The position numbers and the translations under genes are program-made. A stretch of DNA of 64,000 bases from Macrostomum lignano (taxonomy: Eukaryota). How positions within the stretch are numbered: the first letter of the stretch is position 1; the number at the start of each line of letters is the position of its first letter. This document shows positions 61,323 to 64,000 of this stretch, piece by piece. The stretch spans positions 263-64,262 of the forward strand of contig NIVC01002411.1 in the NCBI GenBank assembly GCA_002269645.1. The letters are read 5' to 3'. The notes beneath the pieces are model-generated. The model saw only the letters and a program-made list of their open reading frames with translations, ran no database searches and had not been told where the DNA came from.

Positions 61323-61766
61323 GTGGACCGGCCTATCCGATTAGATCACGTGATGCACTCAGTTCTATCAGCCAATCAGCAAGTTGACCGGGTGGCCGCG
61401 GCCGGCTCAATGTGCGCCCTGCTGACCCGCTGCGGCCGAGTCTGGGTCTGGGGCTACGGCCGGCTTGGCCTCGGGCCGGACGTCACCCAGCTGGCCGAGC
61501 CAAGGCCAATTCCGGACGGTCTGTTCGGCCGGACGCAGTTGGCTAAAGATGTGCGCATTGTCCAGCTGGACGCGGGCATGTACCATTTTGCCGCAGTCAC
61601 CAATAGCGGCTCGCTGTACACCTGGGGAGATCAACGGTCGGGCAGTCTGGGCCTCGGTCACGACGACAACCAGTGCTTCCCGCTGCAGGTGTCCCTGGCC
61701 TGCCGGGTGCAGTGGACTCGATGCGGCGTTGATCACACTATCATTTGCGGCACCGCATTTGCCTGA
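61323..61766 (+). CDS. RCC1L: RCC1-like exon 3 (last)
   Basis: GGCAG acceptor at 61321-61322; VWVWGYGRLGLGP and LYTWG...GSLGLG; C-terminus QCFPLQVSL...CGVDHTII matches RCC1L (QYFPWRVT...CGVDHMVT). Confidence 0.9.
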   Translation: MDRPIRLDHVMHSVLSANQQVDRVAAAGSMCALLTRCGRVWVWGYGRLGLGPDVTQLAEPRPIPDGLFGRTQLAKDVRIVQLDAGMYHFAAVTNSGSLYTWGDQRSGSLGLGHDDNQCFPLQVSLACRVQWTRCGVDHTIICGTAFA

Positions 61767-61809
61767 CCTGCTTGGTTAATGCTTGGCCTTTTGGCTCAGC
61801 TTTTGTGTG

Positions 61810-61975
61810 AATTTGGCAGTTGTGTGAACTCGATTGCAGTCACACAACTGTCGCTTGTATTGCAACTGGGTTCACGCAACTGTGTTTGCATTGCAACTGG
61901 GTTCACACAACTGTCGTATGAAATGCAACTGCGTTCACACAACTGTGTATGCATTGCAACTGAGTTCACACACAG
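61810..61975. repeat. Degenerate ~31-bp repeat (CACAACTGTG..TGCATTGCAACTGGGTTCA) in the RCC1L 3' region
   Basis: Four to five imperfect copies. Confidence 0.7.
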
Positions 61976-63822
61976 TTTTATGTTGGTGTTCTTACAAAAA
62001 TTTAGATTTGCTCTGTCAGAAACTACTCGTACTTGCAGACCGACTAGACTTGTACAGTCTATACAATTATCAGACCTATAATAATAAAACTGTGAAGTTT
62101 GCCCAGAGCCCTGTTATCATGCTGCGCCCAAATCGTCAGTGTTATCTCGTGCTAGCAAATTCTATTAAAAGCAGCAGTTACCTAATTGCTATTTATGCAT
62201 TTTGGCGAATTCTGATAAGTTTAGTCCTGTTTGAACTCATTTTTTGAAAATAAAATTTCTTACTGGCTAGTTTAAGTAGCAAAGTGAGAATTTTATTTTA
62301 AAATAAGTTTCAATTTATTTATATATTTAAATGAGTTCCGAGTTAAGTTAATTTGCTGTCCCAATTTTTGATGAGGCTAAAATAGCGCAAGCCAAATTTT
62401 AATGCAATTATTCAGTTGGTCATGCAAATTTAATTATCTTAATTGATCAGTGGCGCTAGAATAAAAACTTCCTTGACTTTTAGCAAAGTAAAAAGATTGT
62501 GTTCTTTACCTGGGTGGCAACGTACGGCTCTTATCAATATTGAATTATTGATTTGACATTTCTCGTCAATTTAGTTACGATGGGCATATTTTGAGAACGG
62601 AAGAAGCCATTTCGTTCTCGTTCAAGTATCTAACACAAGTAATTCTGCCTTTTTTAGATATTGAAACTTTTTAAGAAAAAGTAAGATAGTAGAATTTCTC
62701 CCTTTTATCAGCACTTTCGATAGGGACAGCTGAAGCAGAGGGCCGCTGCACTCGAAAACCGTGCAGATTTCGCTGCGAACTGCACTGGCGAGGTGGGAAG
62801 TTTCCAGTTCTTCAGCACTGAATCCCCAATGCCTCACCTGCTGGACTCCCGAATTGCAGATTCAGCCAGCAGGTGTTTTGTCCGAGCTGCGCTCACAAGT
62901 TTATCAAGCTGCTTTTTCATGAACTGCTGCCGGAGACCGGCAAGCAAGCAAAGTTGCGGCGAAATTCCAGCCGCTCCTGTCTCTGCAGTGTTTTGTCTGG
63001 ACGGATTTGTCTATGGCCAAACCCCACTCAGCGCTGTGCAGAAAAACAAATCATTGGAAGTTCAGTTGAGATATCGGGAGTTCAGTGCTGAAAAACTTCA
63101 GCGGCGTTCTACTTGAGTTTTCTGTACAAAGCAAATTATAACCAATTTGTTCACCTTTTCTGCATATCCTGACTTTCAGTCGGTTATGTGTCATCACTGT
63201 CCCGCTTCTACTCGTAATTACAGGTTCTGGAATTTTTAACAAAAGCTTTAAAACAGGAAAAAATCATAGCCTATGTCTAACTCCTACCTCAAATTTTCTT
63301 CTGGCTGGGTTTCCTCCAGTTAAGATAACAACCATTTATCATGGCGATGATCGCAATGTGTATAATTATTAATATGCGACATGTAAAACAACATCATTTG
63401 TGTGCTTTTGCCATGCGAAGTTAGAAAACGGAGACATCCAAAGCTGAGATCCTATAGAGCAGAGACGGGTTGGGCCATAGACAACACAGATTTCTGACTG
63501 AGAAACTCGACTGAGAGATCAGCAAGCCTAGAATTAAGCATCCAAACTTAGAAAATATGTTTAATCCCCGCTTTGGCCCGGCCAGCTGCCTATCTTCTCT
63601 GTGTATTTTCATTTCTTGGACTCCAAGAAATAATTGTCTATGGCTAAAAAACATTCTTTAAATGAGTTGAGGCTCCCATCAGGCGTTTCTTGGAGGCCAA
63701 GAAATAATTGTCTATGGTAGAAACACAAAGATGCTGTTGTAATTTTGAAACAAGACCGGTTTCACAACACTGAATAGCAACAAATGGGGATCGAAAGTGA
63801 AAATCTAACTCTCAACTCTTAC

Positions 63823-64000
63823 GGAGACTGATTCGAGTAGCGTCCAGTGTCAGAGGGAGCAACCACGGCCACGGCGTCCTTGACGACGGTTGCCAATTGA
63901 ATGACGTCCAATTGAAGAGCGGCTTCAATAGGTCCAGCGTTATCCCCAGGCTTCAGGATGAAATCCAGTAGGTCCGCGAAATCTCCAATATCCGGGCTTC
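63823..64000 (-). CDS. Partial exon of an unidentified gene running in from the right edge
   Basis: Open frame SPDIGDFADLLDFILKPGDNAGPIEAALQLDVIQLATVVKDAVAVVAPSDTGRYSNQSP ending at a CC|GTAAGA donor; too short to name. Confidence 0.45.

Overview
Eukaryotic, metazoan genomic DNA: GC-rich spliced genes separated by introns and spacers packed with more than 20 minisatellite arrays. This style suggests a free-living flatworm such as Macrostomum lignano (inference, not proven). Six genes can be built from GT-AG junctions with consistent reading frames: RABL3 (+, 2 exons), an intronless orphan ORF (-, 591 aa), a 3-exon LRR/FBXL-like gene (-, ~766 aa), the nuclear receptor E78/NR1E1 (-, 3 exons, 17.3-kb intron), an intronless APAF1 (+, broken by 8 single-base deletions that look like long-read errors), and RCC1L/WBSCR16 (+). 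A partial exon lies at the right edge. Mobile elements: a 5'-truncated LOA-like LINE with RNase H and a 7-bp TSD, a TTAA-flanked foldback element, hAT-type and Mutator-type MITEs, a CACTA-like foldback, and a decayed 4.5-kb DNA transposon (probably Sola-type). The most unusual observations are (i) a 47-bp minisatellite that multiplies RFX X-box motifs directly upstream of the LRR gene, (ii) an isolated 28S rRNA fragment centred on the R2/I-PpoI target site with only the cut-site core scrambled, and (iii) a MITE built from 16-bp units that share period and core with three minisatellites in the same intron. No CRISPR array or intact RNA gene is present, and no wholly new system could be proven from sequence alone.
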